This document shows, one piece after another, positions 28,945 through 39,205 of a stretch of 64,000 nt of DNA. The stretch is from an uncultured Bacteroidota bacterium. GTDB lineage: Bacteria > Bacteroidota > Ignavibacteria > UBA10030 > UBA6906. A program made the translations under genes and the position numbers. The stretch spans positions 832,001 to 896,000 of the forward strand of contig CAVOYH010000004.1 of assembly GCA_963700635.1 (NCBI GenBank), in the 5' to 3' direction. The notes under the pieces were generated by a model. The model worked only from the letters and a program-made list of their open reading frames with translations, did no database searches and was not told where the DNA came from. How positions within the stretch are numbered: the stretch's first letter is position 1; each line of letters begins with the position of its first letter.

Positions 28945-31323
28945 ATGACGCCATTTGATACAGCCTCGGAAAAGCTCGAAATGGCGAAAGTCCGGCAGCG
29001 AATTCTCCGCTACGCCTTCTCAGAAGCGGGCAAGGAGCTGCTGGAGAACAACAGTCCGGTCCTGACAGATCCGGACGCAATTCGCTTTGCACTCGGCCAG
29101 GTCAGTGCGATGAAGCGCCTTCTCGAGGTGGACGAGGAGCTTCCGCTTGAGGGGATTTACGCCGTGCGGCCCGCGATCCAGAAGGCAGGCGTGGAAGGGA
29201 GTGTGCTCTCCTCCCGGGATCTGGCCTGCGTGGGCAGCACGTTACGCGCTGCGCGGATCCTCCGGACAACACTGCAGAAGCGCAGGGATGCCCATCCCGA
29301 TGTCTGGCGTATTGCCGAAGACCTTCCCACCGACAAGGTCCTTGAGTACAATATCAACCAGGCGATTGATGAAACAGGCGCCGTGCGGGCTTCGGCCTCG
29401 CGTGAACTGCAGACGATTCGCCGTTCCATTGCCGACCGCTCCGATGAATTGCGGAAACGACTGGAATCCATCCTCCGCACGGTGGCGGACCTCGGATTCA
29501 GCCAGGATGAAATCATCACGACCCGAGAGGGACGTATGGTGCTCCCGGTTAAGGTCGAACACAAGAAACATGTTCCCGGATTTATCCACAGCGCCTCGGC
29601 GAGCGGGGCGACCGTTTTTATCGAGCCGACGGAGACTCTCGAACTCAACAATGATATCCGGAGCCTGCACTTCCAGGAACAGCGTGAAATTGAACGCATT
29701 CTGCGCGAACTCACGGTGGCAGTAGGTGAGCAACGGCCCGCGCTTTTACGCATGGCTGAGCTGCTGGCATCACTGGATGCACTTCAGGCGAAAGCAAAGT
29801 ACTCGATAGAAATCCTGGGTGTGGAACCGCGGATTGTAGAACAAGGAGGTATTCATCTCCGGGAAGCGCGTCATCCGCTGCTGCTGGCACATCACGGGAG
29901 GCAGGGAACAGTACCGCAGGACCTGGACATCGGTGAAGCCTTCACGACGCTCGTGATCAGCGGTCCGAATGCCGGCGGAAAGAGCGTGACGTTAAAATGT
30001 ATCGGTGTTCTGGCTCTTATGACGCAGTCGGGACTTCACATTCCCGCGAGCGAGGATGCCACGATGAGGGTCTTCCGGTCGATCTTTGTGGATATCGGTG
30101 ACGAGCAATCCATTGAGAGCGACCTGAGCACATTCAGCTCCCATCTGGCAAACATCAAAACCATCGTCCAGGGAGCTGACGCGCACAGTCTGGTGCTGAT
30201 TGACGAAATCGGGACAGGCACGGACCCTGCCGAGGGGGGCGCCCTGGCGGCCGTTGTCCTCGAACATCTGACTTCCCGAAAAGCCCTGACGATCGCCACC
30301 ACGCACCATGGCGCACTCAAGGTCTTTGCCCATGAGACCGAGGGAATTGAAAACGGGGCGATGGAGTTTAATCCGGAAAACCTCTCACCGACATACCGGT
30401 TTCGGTCCGGTGTGCCGGGGAGCAGCTATGCCCTGGAGATGGCCGGCCGGCTTGGTTTTCCCGCGAAGCTGATGGAGCGGGCGCGGATGCTTCTCGGCGG
30501 CCAGCATATGCGGCTGGATGCGCTTCTCCTGGAACTCGAGGCCTCTGCACAGAACCATCGAAGCACTACGGAAGAACTGCGCACTGCACACGCCCGGGCG
30601 GAGCAGCTGGCGCAGGATTATGCCGCCCGCATGCAAACGCTCACAAACGAAACACGCGAAATTAAGCGGAAAGCGGTCGAGGAGGCCCGCTCGCTTGTGG
30701 AGCAGGCCAATGCAGTGATCGAACGATCGGTGAGAGAAATCCGCGAACAGAATGCGGACAAAGCGGTGGTACGGACTGCGCGCGAAGAAGTCAGCAAGCT
30801 CCGCGCTGTGGTTCAGGAATCCGAGCGGGAAACGGAGCCCGCAGCTCGTGAGGATGCCCTGCCGGCCGGATCGCTCGCCCCCGGTTCAACCGTAACACTC
30901 CAGGACAAAACGGAGACCGGTGAGATCGCCGAACTTTCTCCGGATGGCAAGACCGCGACAGTGGTCTTTGGGAGCGTGAAGATGCGCGTGCCGGTAACAG
31001 AACTCCGCGCAACCAGGAAACGGCCGGCATCACGCCCCGTCTCCCGTCAGATGGTTCCCGACCGCCCGGATGAAGTCCCGCGCGAGCTTGACCTGCGGGG
31101 GATGACGGGGGACGAAGCGCTCCCGCTTGTCGACAAATTTATTGATGATGCAATCCTGGCTGGACTGCACCGCATCGACATCATTCACGGAAAAGGGACC
31201 GGTGCGTTGCGGCGAAAAGTCACGGATTTTCTCTCAACCCATCCGCGCATACATTCCTTCCGCCTTGGCGAGTGGAACGAGGGTGGTGTGGGCGCAACCG
31301 TTGTTGAACTCTCGGAGCTCTGA
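28945..31323 (+). CDS. mutS2: Endonuclease MutS2
   Basis: SASGATVFIEP, ARHPLL, SGPNAGGKS, DIGDEQSI..DLSTFSSH, DEIGTGTDP, C-terminal Smr domain (LDLRG...IIHGKGTG). Confidence 0.97.
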   Translation: MTPFDTASEKLEMAKVRQRILRYAFSEAGKELLENNSPVLTDPDAIRFALGQVSAMKRLLEVDEELPLEGIYAVRPAIQKAGVEGSVLSSRDLACVGSTLRAARILRTTLQKRRDAHPDVWRIAEDLPTDKVLEYNINQAIDETGAVRASASRELQTIRRSIADRSDELRKRLESILRTVADLGFSQDEIITTREGRMVLPVKVEHKKHVPGFIHSASASGATVFIEPTETLELNNDIRSLHFQEQREIERILRELTVAVGEQRPALLRMAELLASLDALQAKAKYSIEILGVEPRIVEQGGIHLREARHPLLLAHHGRQGTVPQDLDIGEAFTTLVISGPNAGGKSVTLKCIGVLALMTQSGLHIPASEDATMRVFRSIFVDIGDEQSIESDLSTFSSHLANIKTIVQGADAHSLVLIDEIGTGTDPAEGGALAAVVLEHLTSRKALTIATTHHGALKVFAHETEGIENGAMEFNPENLSPTYRFRSGVPGSSYALEMAGRLGFPAKLMERARMLLGGQHMRLDALLLELEASAQNHRSTTEELRTAHARAEQLAQDYAARMQTLTNETREIKRKAVEEARSLVEQANAVIERSVREIREQNADKAVVRTAREEVSKLRAVVQESERETEPAAREDALPAGSLAPGSTVTLQDKTETGEIAELSPDGKTATVVFGSVKMRVPVTELRATRKRPASRPVSRQMVPDRPDEVPRELDLRGMTGDEALPLVDKFIDDAILAGLHRIDIIHGKGTGALRRKVTDFLSTHPRIHSFRLGEWNEGGVGATVVELSEL

Positions 31324-31325
31324 CG

Positions 31326-32870
31326 ATGCCCGTACCGATCCGATCCGTACTCGTGGCGAACCGGGGGGAGATTGCCGTCCGGATTATCCGCACCTGCAGG
31401 GAAGCCGGCATCCGGTCGGTCGCCGTGTTTTCCGATGCGGACAGGGTCATGCCGCACGTCAGGATGGCCGATGAGGCGTATCGTCTGGGTCCGCCCCCGT
31501 CCCGGGAAAGTTATCTGCTCATGGATCGTATTCTGGACATTGCACGCTCATCGCACGTTGACGCAATCCATCCGGGATATGGCTTTCTTTCCGAGAACGC
31601 CGTGTTCGCGCAGAAGGTCGCGGAGGCCGGATTTCGCTGGGTCGGACCGCCTGCCTCTGCAATCCGGGCCATGGGCGACAAGACCGCGGCCCGGGCGCTG
31701 GTGCAAAAAGCCGGAGTGCCGATCATTCCCGGGACAGACGGACCGATCCAGGATGTGGAGGAAGCACAACGCTTCTGCGCGCGTGCGGGATTCCCGGTGC
31801 TCATCAAGGCCGCGGCTGGAGGAGGAGGGAAAGGGATGCGGATAGCGCGTACACCCGACGAACTTCCGTCACTCCTCGAACAGGCACAATCGGAGGCGCG
31901 CTCGGCCTTCGGAGATGCGCGCGTGTATATCGAACGGTATCTGGAAGAGCCACGCCATATTGAATTCCAGATTCTGGCCGATGAGGCGGGAAATGTTGTC
32001 CACCTCGGGGAACGGGAATGTTCGATCCAGCGCCGGCATCAAAAAGTGGTGGAAGAATCACCCTCCGTACTGGTCGATGAGTCGTTGCGGTCACGCATGG
32101 CGGAAACCGCAATCGCGGCGGCACGCGCCTGTGGATATGTTAATGCCGGCACGATTGAATTTCTCGTTGATCGGAACAAACAGTTTTACTTCCTTGAAAT
32201 GAACACACGGCTTCAGGTCGAACATCCGGTTACAGAATTGCGGACAGGGATCGACCTCGTGAAGGCACAGCTGGAGATTGCCTCCGGCACTCCGCTGTGG
32301 TTTTCACAGAAAGACATTCAGTTTTCCGGTCATGCCATCGAATGCAGGATCTGTGCGGAGGATCCGGTTAACGGATTTTTGCCGTCGACCGGAACGATTA
32401 CCCGTTTGAGGACGCCGGGCGGACCCGGCATTCGCGAAGACCGCGGATTCGAAGTGGGAGGCGAAGTGTCCGTGTACTATGATTCGCTTATTGCAAAACT
32501 TGTCACCTGGGCTCCTGATCGTGCAGGGGCGATCGCCCGCATGCAGCGTGCCCTCGGCGAGTACGCCATCGAAGGTGTGGCAACGAATATCCCGGTGTGC
32601 GAGTTTGTGATGCAGCACCCCGCCTTCCGCGGTGGAACATTTGATACGGGTTTCCTGCAGGCGTATTATCGCCCGGAGGCCCCGCTGAACGGCGCCGAGG
32701 GGTCAGACCGAAACAACGCTCTGGCGATTCTCTGCGCTCACGTCAAGCACACTCACATGTTGTCTCCCGATAGCTCCTTGAGTGGAAACGGAAGCCCTGC
32801 GGGGAGACATCCTGTGTTATCGGGCTGGAAAGCCCGGCGCCTGGCGACCCTTCGGGGCGGTGCAAAATGA
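31326..32870 (+). CDS. accC: Biotin carboxylase subunit of an acyl-CoA carboxylase
   Basis: ANRGEIA, HPGYGFLSEN, GGGGKGMR, RECSIQRRHQK, EMNTRLQVEHPVTE, YYDSLIAKL. Confidence 0.92.
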   Translation: MPVPIRSVLVANRGEIAVRIIRTCREAGIRSVAVFSDADRVMPHVRMADEAYRLGPPPSRESYLLMDRILDIARSSHVDAIHPGYGFLSENAVFAQKVAEAGFRWVGPPASAIRAMGDKTAARALVQKAGVPIIPGTDGPIQDVEEAQRFCARAGFPVLIKAAAGGGGKGMRIARTPDELPSLLEQAQSEARSAFGDARVYIERYLEEPRHIEFQILADEAGNVVHLGERECSIQRRHQKVVEESPSVLVDESLRSRMAETAIAAARACGYVNAGTIEFLVDRNKQFYFLEMNTRLQVEHPVTELRTGIDLVKAQLEIASGTPLWFSQKDIQFSGHAIECRICAEDPVNGFLPSTGTITRLRTPGGPGIREDRGFEVGGEVSVYYDSLIAKLVTWAPDRAGAIARMQRALGEYAIEGVATNIPVCEFVMQHPAFRGGTFDTGFLQAYYRPEAPLNGAEGSDRNNALAILCAHVKHTHMLSPDSSLSGNGSPAGRHPVLSGWKARRLATLRGGAK

Positions 32871-33370
32871 AATCAACCCTGTACGACGTACGAATCGGTG
32901 AACGGGAACACAAAGTCCGCATCGATGGCGAAGGGAATGTGAGCCTCGATGGGCATCCGCAGGTGGTGGACGTGCGCGCGACCGGCCTGACATCGTATTC
33001 CATACTGGTAAACGGAAAATCGTACCAGTTCGGGCTTGAAGCGTGTGACGGCGGCTATACCGCGATCATTGACGGTGTACCGGTTATTGCTACCGTTGAT
33101 ACCGACCGGTCGCGCCTGCTGCGTCAGTTTGCGGCGACGCGGACCCAGGAAGCGCGCGTGACAGCGATTGTGGCGCCCATGCCGGCGCTTGTTGTGCGGA
33201 TCGAGACCCATGTGGGCCAGGAGGTTGCGCAGGGTCAGGGTATCCTGGTGCTGGAGGCGATGAAGATGGAAAACGAAATAAAAGCCCCCCGGGCGGGCAT
33301 CGTGAAACAGATCCATGTGCCGAAGGGAAAGGCAGTGGAAAAAGGAGAGGTTCTGGTCACACTCGAATGA
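32867..33370 (+). CDS. Biotin carboxyl carrier protein (biotin/lipoyl attachment domain)
   Basis: EAMKMENEI biotinylation motif. Confidence 0.93.
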   Translation: MKSTLYDVRIGEREHKVRIDGEGNVSLDGHPQVVDVRATGLTSYSILVNGKSYQFGLEACDGGYTAIIDGVPVIATVDTDRSRLLRQFAATRTQEARVTAIVAPMPALVVRIETHVGQEVAQGQGILVLEAMKMENEIKAPRAGIVKQIHVPKGKAVEKGEVLVTLE

Positions 33371-34638
33371 AGACGTCCCGTACTGTTATGCGTTTCCCTG
33401 CCGGCGTGGCGATGTTGTGCCTCTGCCTGGCCCAGGTATCACCAGGGGGTGGATTTCAGGCCAGTGGGCTCTCCGCACGCGCCACTGGTCTGAGTGGCGT
33501 CCTCGTGGCACTGCCGGGAGAACCCACGTCCATGTACACAAATCCGGCAGCACTCTCTTTCCTGACAGGGACGAACCTTTCCCTGGGAACCACCCTGTCG
33601 TTGCCCAGTTATCACTTTGTCGGGGTCACTCCCTCGTTGTCCTCGACAAAAATGAACTCGCAGGTTCTCTTTCCTCCGAACCTCTGCCTTACGCACACGT
33701 TTGCCAGCGGCATCGGCATCGGGATTGCAGCCACCATTCCGTACTCGGCAAAAACAGACTGGGGGGAGGATTGGGTAGGGAACCGGATCGTGACCAGCTC
33801 GGAACTGCGCAGTTCGCAGCTTCTGCCGGCAATGGCATTTCGTATCGGGAATGCATGGTCCGTAGGAATTGGAATGCAGGTCGTGTTTCTCCGGATCGAC
33901 CTGAACCGTCGATGGGGGCAGATACCCGTGCCGGGTTCAGGGCTTCCGGGAATTTACATGACGGGCAGCGCCGACGTCGCGTATGGATTCGAGGTGGGTG
34001 CCATGTACCAGCCCGATGATGTCTTGACAGTGGGGCTTTCGCTGAAGAGCAGAACACGTTCCACCATCGAAGACGGGACCGTTACCTACTCGGGGGTTCC
34101 GGGCGAATCAAGCATCGTGGTGATGCCGAATGCAACGTTTACATCCTCCATAACGCTCCCTGATCAGGTTCGGGGCGGCGTGAGCGTCCGGCCGATCTCC
34201 GCGCTCCTTCTGGCCGGAGAGGTTAATCTCGTCCGGTGGTCCACATTCAAGAGCCTGATGGTCCGGATCGGGTCGCCCGCGTACGAACAGCGGTTTGAAC
34301 AGGCGGGCTGGAAGGATGTTCTCACCATGCGAGCCGGCCTGGAACTGTCCTTGTCTGACGTGACGTTCCGCGGTGGGATCAGTATCGAAAACAGCCCGGT
34401 GAGCGATGCTGAAGTACGCCCTTCGTTACCTGACGCCGACCGTATGGTGTATGCAATGGGTATCGGGTATGTTATCGGCGAAGGTCTTATGCTGGACCTC
34501 GGGATTCAGATACTGGACTATCGGAAACGGACAGTCACCGATTCCCGTGTGGAGTATGCGCAGGGTTCATACTTCAACGGTACATACGATCTGTCAGGCA
34601 CGGTGGTAGGTTTGAACATCAGCTATTCCTGGAAATGA
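33367..34638 (+). CDS. FadL/OmpP1 family outer membrane transporter
   Basis: GGFQ...SARATG, NPAAL hatch motif, LPDADR, C-terminal SYSWK. Confidence 0.88.
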   Translation: MKTSRTVMRFPAGVAMLCLCLAQVSPGGGFQASGLSARATGLSGVLVALPGEPTSMYTNPAALSFLTGTNLSLGTTLSLPSYHFVGVTPSLSSTKMNSQVLFPPNLCLTHTFASGIGIGIAATIPYSAKTDWGEDWVGNRIVTSSELRSSQLLPAMAFRIGNAWSVGIGMQVVFLRIDLNRRWGQIPVPGSGLPGIYMTGSADVAYGFEVGAMYQPDDVLTVGLSLKSRTRSTIEDGTVTYSGVPGESSIVVMPNATFTSSITLPDQVRGGVSVRPISALLLAGEVNLVRWSTFKSLMVRIGSPAYEQRFEQAGWKDVLTMRAGLELSLSDVTFRGGISIENSPVSDAEVRPSLPDADRMVYAMGIGYVIGEGLMLDLGIQILDYRKRTVTDSRVEYAQGSYFNGTYDLSGTVVGLNISYSWK

Positions 34639-36896
34639 AAGACATGAGTCTCCCCATAAATTTTCCCGGCGAGCCGGAGAGTACACTGCAGACCGCTGTA
34701 CAGCACGGCCTGACCGCAGAAGAGTATGAACGTATACTGGGGATTCTCGGCCGGGTGCCGACGTACACGGAGCTCGGGATCTATAGCGTAATGTGGAGCG
34801 AACATTGCAGCTACAAGAACTCGATCGCCCTGATCAAGACTCTGCCGAGGAGCGGCGGCCGACTGCTGGTCGGGGCAGGGGAGGAGAATGCGGGGCTCGT
34901 GGACATCGGGGACGGGCTTGCTGTGGCTTTCAAGATCGAGAGCCACAATCATCCTTCGGCGGTTGAACCGTACCAGGGCGCGGCAACCGGAGTAGGGGGC
35001 ATCATGCGGGATATCTTTACGATGGGAGCCCGTCCCATCGCCGCATTAAATTCCCTCCGTTTTGGCACGCTTGACAGCGCGCGCACGCGGTATCTGTTTG
35101 ACGGCATCGTGCGGGGGATCGGCGATTACGGAAACAGCTTCGGGGTGCCCACCGTTGCCGGGGAGGTGTATTTTGATCCATGTTATGAAGAGAACCCACT
35201 GGTGAATGCCATGGCAGTCGGTATCGTAAAACACGGCGCCTGGGCGAGCGCTACGGCCCGGGGAACCGGCAACCCGGTGATGATCGTGGGTTCAGCCACA
35301 GGGCGCGACGGTATCCATGGTGCCACGTTCGCTTCCGAAGAGATCTCGGAAGAGTCAGAAAAACGGCGGCCGTCAGTCCAGGTCGGCGATCCGTTTACGG
35401 AAAAACTCCTCCTTGAAGCGACACTCGAGGCAATCCGTTCCGGCTTTGTCGTGGGCATTCAGGACATGGGAGCCGCCGGGATTACCTGTTCAACGTCCGA
35501 GATGAGCGCAAAAGGGAAGTGCGGGATGCGGATTGACCTTGATAAGGTGCCCGCACGCGAGAGCGGTATGTCCGCCTATGAACTTATGCTGTCTGAATCC
35601 CAGGAGCGTATGCTGGTGGTTGTGCAGAAGGGACGGGAAGCTGATATACAGGCGCTCTTCGGGAAATGGGACCTCCATGCCGAAATTATCGGCGAGGTCA
35701 TTGAGGGGGACCGGTTGTGCATATCGTACCGGGGGAACCTGGTTGCAGACGTCCCGCCTGATTCACTTGTGCTTGGGGGCGGTGCTCCCGTATACATACG
35801 CGAATCCAGAGAGCCCGAGTACATTGCTGCAGTGCGGGAACTGGATCTTTCTGTTATCCCCGAACCATCGGATCTGAATAAAGTGCTTGAGACCCTCATC
35901 GGCACTCCGGACATCGCTTCAAAGCGGTGGGTGTATGAGCAATATGACAGCATGGTGCGTACGAACAACGTAGTTCTGACTGGAGCTGATGCCGCTGTAC
36001 TCTATATCAAAGAAGGCACTAAGGGGCTTGCGGTTAAGACAGATTGTAATAGTCGCTACGTTTATCTGAATCCCAGAAGGGGCGGTCAGATCGCAGTGGC
36101 TGAGTCGGCGAGAAACGTTGCCTGCACGGGAGCAACACCGGTCGCCGTGACGAATTGCCTGAATTTTGGGAATCCTTACAAGCCCGGCGTTTACTGGCAA
36201 TTCAAGGAGGCTGTGGCGGGTATTGGAGAAGCATGCAGGGTATTTGAGACGCCGGTGACAGGCGGAAATGTGAGCTTCTACAACGAGAGTCCTGATGCGA
36301 GCGTGTATCCGACGCCCGTTATTGGGATGTTGGGCGTTATGGATGATGTGGGGAAAGCATGTGGTGCGTATTTTCTGCAGAGTGGCCATGCAGTTCTTTT
36401 GCTGGGAGCAACTCACGGGCATCTGGGCGGATCGGAATATCTCGCCCGTATCCACAACCGAGTCCAGGGGGATGCTCCGCCCATTGAACTTGACAGAGAA
36501 AAGGAGTTGCATGCCGGGCTTACGGCCATGATTTCAGCCGGACTGCTCTCGTCAGCTCATGATTGTTCCGAGGGAGGGCTCGCGGTGGCGCTGGCGGAGT
36601 CGTGTATGGCCGGCAGGCCACTTCTTGTTGGAGCAAGGGTCATGCTGGATCACCCGGGGCTGCGGGACGACCAGCTGCTCTTCGGGGAGGACCAATCCAG
36701 GGTGATAATAAGCTGCAAGCCGGAAAACGTGGACCAGGTCAACCGGGTTGCCCGGGAGCATGATATTCCGGTGAAGATGCTTGGTGAAACCGGTGGAGAG
36801 AGGCTTACCATTGGGGGGATGATAGATATCCCGGTGGGTGATCTAGCACAGATCTACTATGGATCAATCGCGAAGAAGATGGCTCTGATAACTTAA
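34635..36896 (+). CDS. purL: Phosphoribosylformylglycinamidine synthase subunit PurL (small form)
   Basis: [48 protein letters not shown]. Confidence 0.98.
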   Translation: MKDMSLPINFPGEPESTLQTAVQHGLTAEEYERILGILGRVPTYTELGIYSVMWSEHCSYKNSIALIKTLPRSGGRLLVGAGEENAGLVDIGDGLAVAFKIESHNHPSAVEPYQGAATGVGGIMRDIFTMGARPIAALNSLRFGTLDSARTRYLFDGIVRGIGDYGNSFGVPTVAGEVYFDPCYEENPLVNAMAVGIVKHGAWASATARGTGNPVMIVGSATGRDGIHGATFASEEISEESEKRRPSVQVGDPFTEKLLLEATLEAIRSGFVVGIQDMGAAGITCSTSEMSAKGKCGMRIDLDKVPARESGMSAYELMLSESQERMLVVVQKGREADIQALFGKWDLHAEIIGEVIEGDRLCISYRGNLVADVPPDSLVLGGGAPVYIRESREPEYIAAVRELDLSVIPEPSDLNKVLETLIGTPDIASKRWVYEQYDSMVRTNNVVLTGADAAVLYIKEGTKGLAVKTDCNSRYVYLNPRRGGQIAVAESARNVACTGATPVAVTNCLNFGNPYKPGVYWQFKEAVAGIGEACRVFETPVTGGNVSFYNESPDASVYPTPVIGMLGVMDDVGKACGAYFLQSGHAVLLLGATHGHLGGSEYLARIHNRVQGDAPPIELDREKELHAGLTAMISAGLLSSAHDCSEGGLAVALAESCMAGRPLLVGARVMLDHPGLRDDQLLFGEDQSRVIISCKPENVDQVNRVAREHDIPVKMLGETGGERLTIGGMIDIPVGDLAQIYYGSIAKKMALIT

Positions 36897-36918
36897 CATA
36901 ATATACATTATTTGAAGT
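36891..36918 (-). other. dif: dif site (XerC/XerD chromosome dimer resolution site)
   Basis: Minus strand ACTTCAAATAA-TGTATA-TTATGTTAAGT versus E. coli GGTGCGCATAA-TGTATA-TTATGTTAAAT (XerD arm 10/11, spacer 6/6); sits at the gene-orientation switch. Confidence 0.88.
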
Positions 36919-36951
36919 AGGCCTATTTCGCCCCGGAACCTCACTTCAGGC

Positions 36952-37860
36952 CTATCCACCAATCACACGCAGCGACGCTGGCACAACCTCCACTCTTACC
37001 CCCTGAACTTCACGCCCCACATTCTCCCCATCGGCATGTACATTAAACTTCTCAGAGGAATGAAGCTCTAACTCACGTGTCTTATAATAGTTAACGTGTT
37101 CGTCCTTAACCGCCTTCCCGCCAAGCACCGTCGGTATGAGCCTCAGGATCTTCGGTATCGAGACCTGATCGATGACACACACATCGAGGAGCCCATCGTC
37201 GACCTTCGCCTCAGGAGTCAGGTAAAAACCTCCGCCAGCGCACCGGCCGTTACCTGCGGCCACAAGCAACTGACGGGCCTGCCACGTCTTGCCATCAATA
37301 CGACCCCGGAATTCCGGTGGCTTGTAGCTTCCAAGTGTCTGCAGGACGGCCGCCAGGTACAGAAGTGTCCCGCGTAATCGCTTGATTTCACTGACCCTGC
37401 GGGCCACGGAAGCGTCAAATCCTACGCCGACCCCGTTGACAAAATAACGAGCCGGAGCATACTGCAAACGCCCGTCTACCTCCAGCGCTGTTTGCACCCG
37501 ACCTGCATCAATAAGGCGTGTCCGCCCCTTGATGATCAGTTCCAGTGCCTGTTCAAGAGAGCGCGAAATCCCGATGGACTTGATAAAGTCGTTGCCGGAA
37601 CCAGTCGGAATGATGCCCAGCGCCTTCTCCGAGCCGATCAGACCGTTTGCCACTTCATTGATCGTTCCATCGCCGCCAACTGCCACAACCACCGGACTAT
37701 CACTGACCCGGGCAATATCCGTTGCATGCCCGGCTCTTTCGGTGCGGACAATCGTGTACGTTTTCTGGATTCCTGACAAGAGTCTCGTCAGCGCGGCTTC
37801 GGCTTTTCTCCCGGTACCTTTGCCCGCCTCGGGATTCAGGACAAACGTGAGGTCAACCAC
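36952..37860 (-). CDS. Diacylglycerol/lipid kinase family protein (YegS/DagK-like)
   Basis: NPEAG, GGDGTINEV, PTGSGNDF, GNGR..GGG, DDGLLD, HADGE. Confidence 0.93.
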   Translation of the reverse strand: MVDLTFVLNPEAGKGTGRKAEAALTRLLSGIQKTYTIVRTERAGHATDIARVSDSPVVVAVGGDGTINEVANGLIGSEKALGIIPTGSGNDFIKSIGISRSLEQALELIIKGRTRLIDAGRVQTALEVDGRLQYAPARYFVNGVGVGFDASVARRVSEIKRLRGTLLYLAAVLQTLGSYKPPEFRGRIDGKTWQARQLLVAAGNGRCAGGGFYLTPEAKVDDGLLDVCVIDQVSIPKILRLIPTVLGGKAVKDEHVNYYKTRELELHSSEKFNVHADGENVGREVQGVRVEVVPASLRVIGG

Positions 37861-38719
37861 CTTCGTTGTTCCTCTGTGTTGTTAGTGGTAGAAGTGTTTG
37901 TCCAGAAGGATCGTATATGGCCTTGCCGGAAAAGACTATAGTGGCAGGTCCTTCGAGCGTCACATCGGTAATTGAGAGCTCCTTGATCTTAAAATCAACT
38001 GTCAACCAGTGGCTGCTCCTGGTTCGCACCCGTACAGGTGGATGCAGCCCGAATTCGAGGTGTGCCAGAATTGCCGAGGCAATCGACCCCGTGCCGCATG
38101 CAAGTGTTTCTGCTTCGACTCCCCTTTCATACGTCCGAATGGAAATGGAGTTCTCGTTCACGCGTTGCACAAAATTTACGTTTGTCCCCGCAGGAGCAAA
38201 TTGCCCGTGCTCCCGGAGAGCCCTTCCGATGTTTTCGACATGGATGTCCGAAAGATCCTCTACAAACCGGACAATGTGTGGTGAGCCGGTGTTGATGGTG
38301 TGAACCGTAAGGGTTGCATCTTTTAACCGCACCTGAACGTTCCGGCAGAGGTCTACGGGATTCTTCATCCTGAGGTGAACCCCGTCCTTCAGGATGGTCG
38401 CCTCGTACACGTAATCAAGGGCCTCAAAGCGCAGCCGGTTCTTCGTGATGCCCAGGAAATGTGCATACACTGAAGCGCATCTCCCTCCATTCCCGCACAT
38501 GCCGCCAGGACTTCCATCGGCATTGTAGTACATCATGCGAAAATCTGCCTCACGACTCGGTTCCAGGATCAGGAGTCCGTCGCCGCCGACACCGAAGTGG
38601 CGGTCACACAGGGCGCGCGCGAGGGCGCTCTGGTCCATGGGTCCGAGCACACCATGGAGGTTGTTGACTCCCACAAAGTCATTGCCCGCACCGGTGAGTT
38701 TGACAAACAGAAGTTCCAT
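37853..38719 (-). CDS. dapF: Diaminopimelate epimerase
   Basis: GAGNDF, MCGNGGRC, GSPH, GTNVNF, RTYERGVEAETLACGTG. Confidence 0.97.
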   Translation of the reverse strand: MELLFVKLTGAGNDFVGVNNLHGVLGPMDQSALARALCDRHFGVGGDGLLILEPSREADFRMMYYNADGSPGGMCGNGGRCASVYAHFLGITKNRLRFEALDYVYEATILKDGVHLRMKNPVDLCRNVQVRLKDATLTVHTINTGSPHIVRFVEDLSDIHVENIGRALREHGQFAPAGTNVNFVQRVNENSISIRTYERGVEAETLACGTGSIASAILAHLEFGLHPPVRVRTRSSHWLTVDFKIKELSITDVTLEGPATIVFSGKAIYDPSGQTLLPLTTQRNNEGG

Positions 38720-38761
38720 ACGGAGGCACGGCGAGTGGTTTTTGGATGAGCTCGATACAAC

Positions 38762-38791
38762 AACGCTCTCACGACAGATCGCGAGAGCGTT
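38762..38791 (-). terminator. Hairpin immediately downstream of tmRNA
   Basis: Minus strand AACGCTCTCGCGA-tctg-TCGTGAGAGCGTT followed by GTTGT. Confidence 0.6.
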
Positions 38792-38794
38792 TTG

Positions 38795-39168
38795 TGGAGA
38801 TGGCGGGAGTCGAACCCGCGTCCGAGGAGAAGACCATCCCGAGCACTACATGCGTATTCTGTCTTTTTTACTTCATTCCGCCATCTCCGACAGACAGGCG
38901 ATTGGCAGAACCACCCCGGGTAACGCGCTTGCGGCGCGATTCACGTGTCGCCCCCAGGGGCATCGCCACGCTATCCTGTCTGAAGTCGGCGCCGCTTCGG
39001 ATACCGGCAGGCAAATCTCCGGGCGACGGGTCACCTAAGGGTTACTTAAGCGGCCAGTGCGTAGTTGTAGTCAGCACTTAGGTTTTTCCGCGTTGTTTAA
39101 CGTGCACCACGGAGAGCACGGCACGCGATCTGGACCATCCTCATCCACGTCGAAGCCAGTTCATCCCC
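38795..39168 (-). ncRNA. ssrA: tmRNA; tag reading frame (A)ADYNYALAA* at 39075-39046
   Basis: 5' GGGGATGAACTGGCTTCGAC, 3' T-arm/acceptor GGACGCGGGTTCGACTCCCGCCATCTCCA, internal tag ending ALAA-TAA. Confidence 0.96.
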
Positions 39169-39176
39169 TCAGAGAT

Positions 39177-39205
39177 ATTTTACGTAATACACCGTCCAAT
39201 GTCAA
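39177..39205 (-). promoter_or_regulatory. ssrA promoter
   Basis: Minus strand TTGACA (39205-39200), 17 bp, TAAAAT (39182-39177), 8 nt before the mature 5' end. Confidence 0.75.

Noticed and set aside
38795-38823. tRNA-like T-arm and acceptor sequence considered as a tRNA gene or prophage att site
   Set aside because: It is the 3' end of the tmRNA; no anticodon arm, duplicate copy or integrase is present
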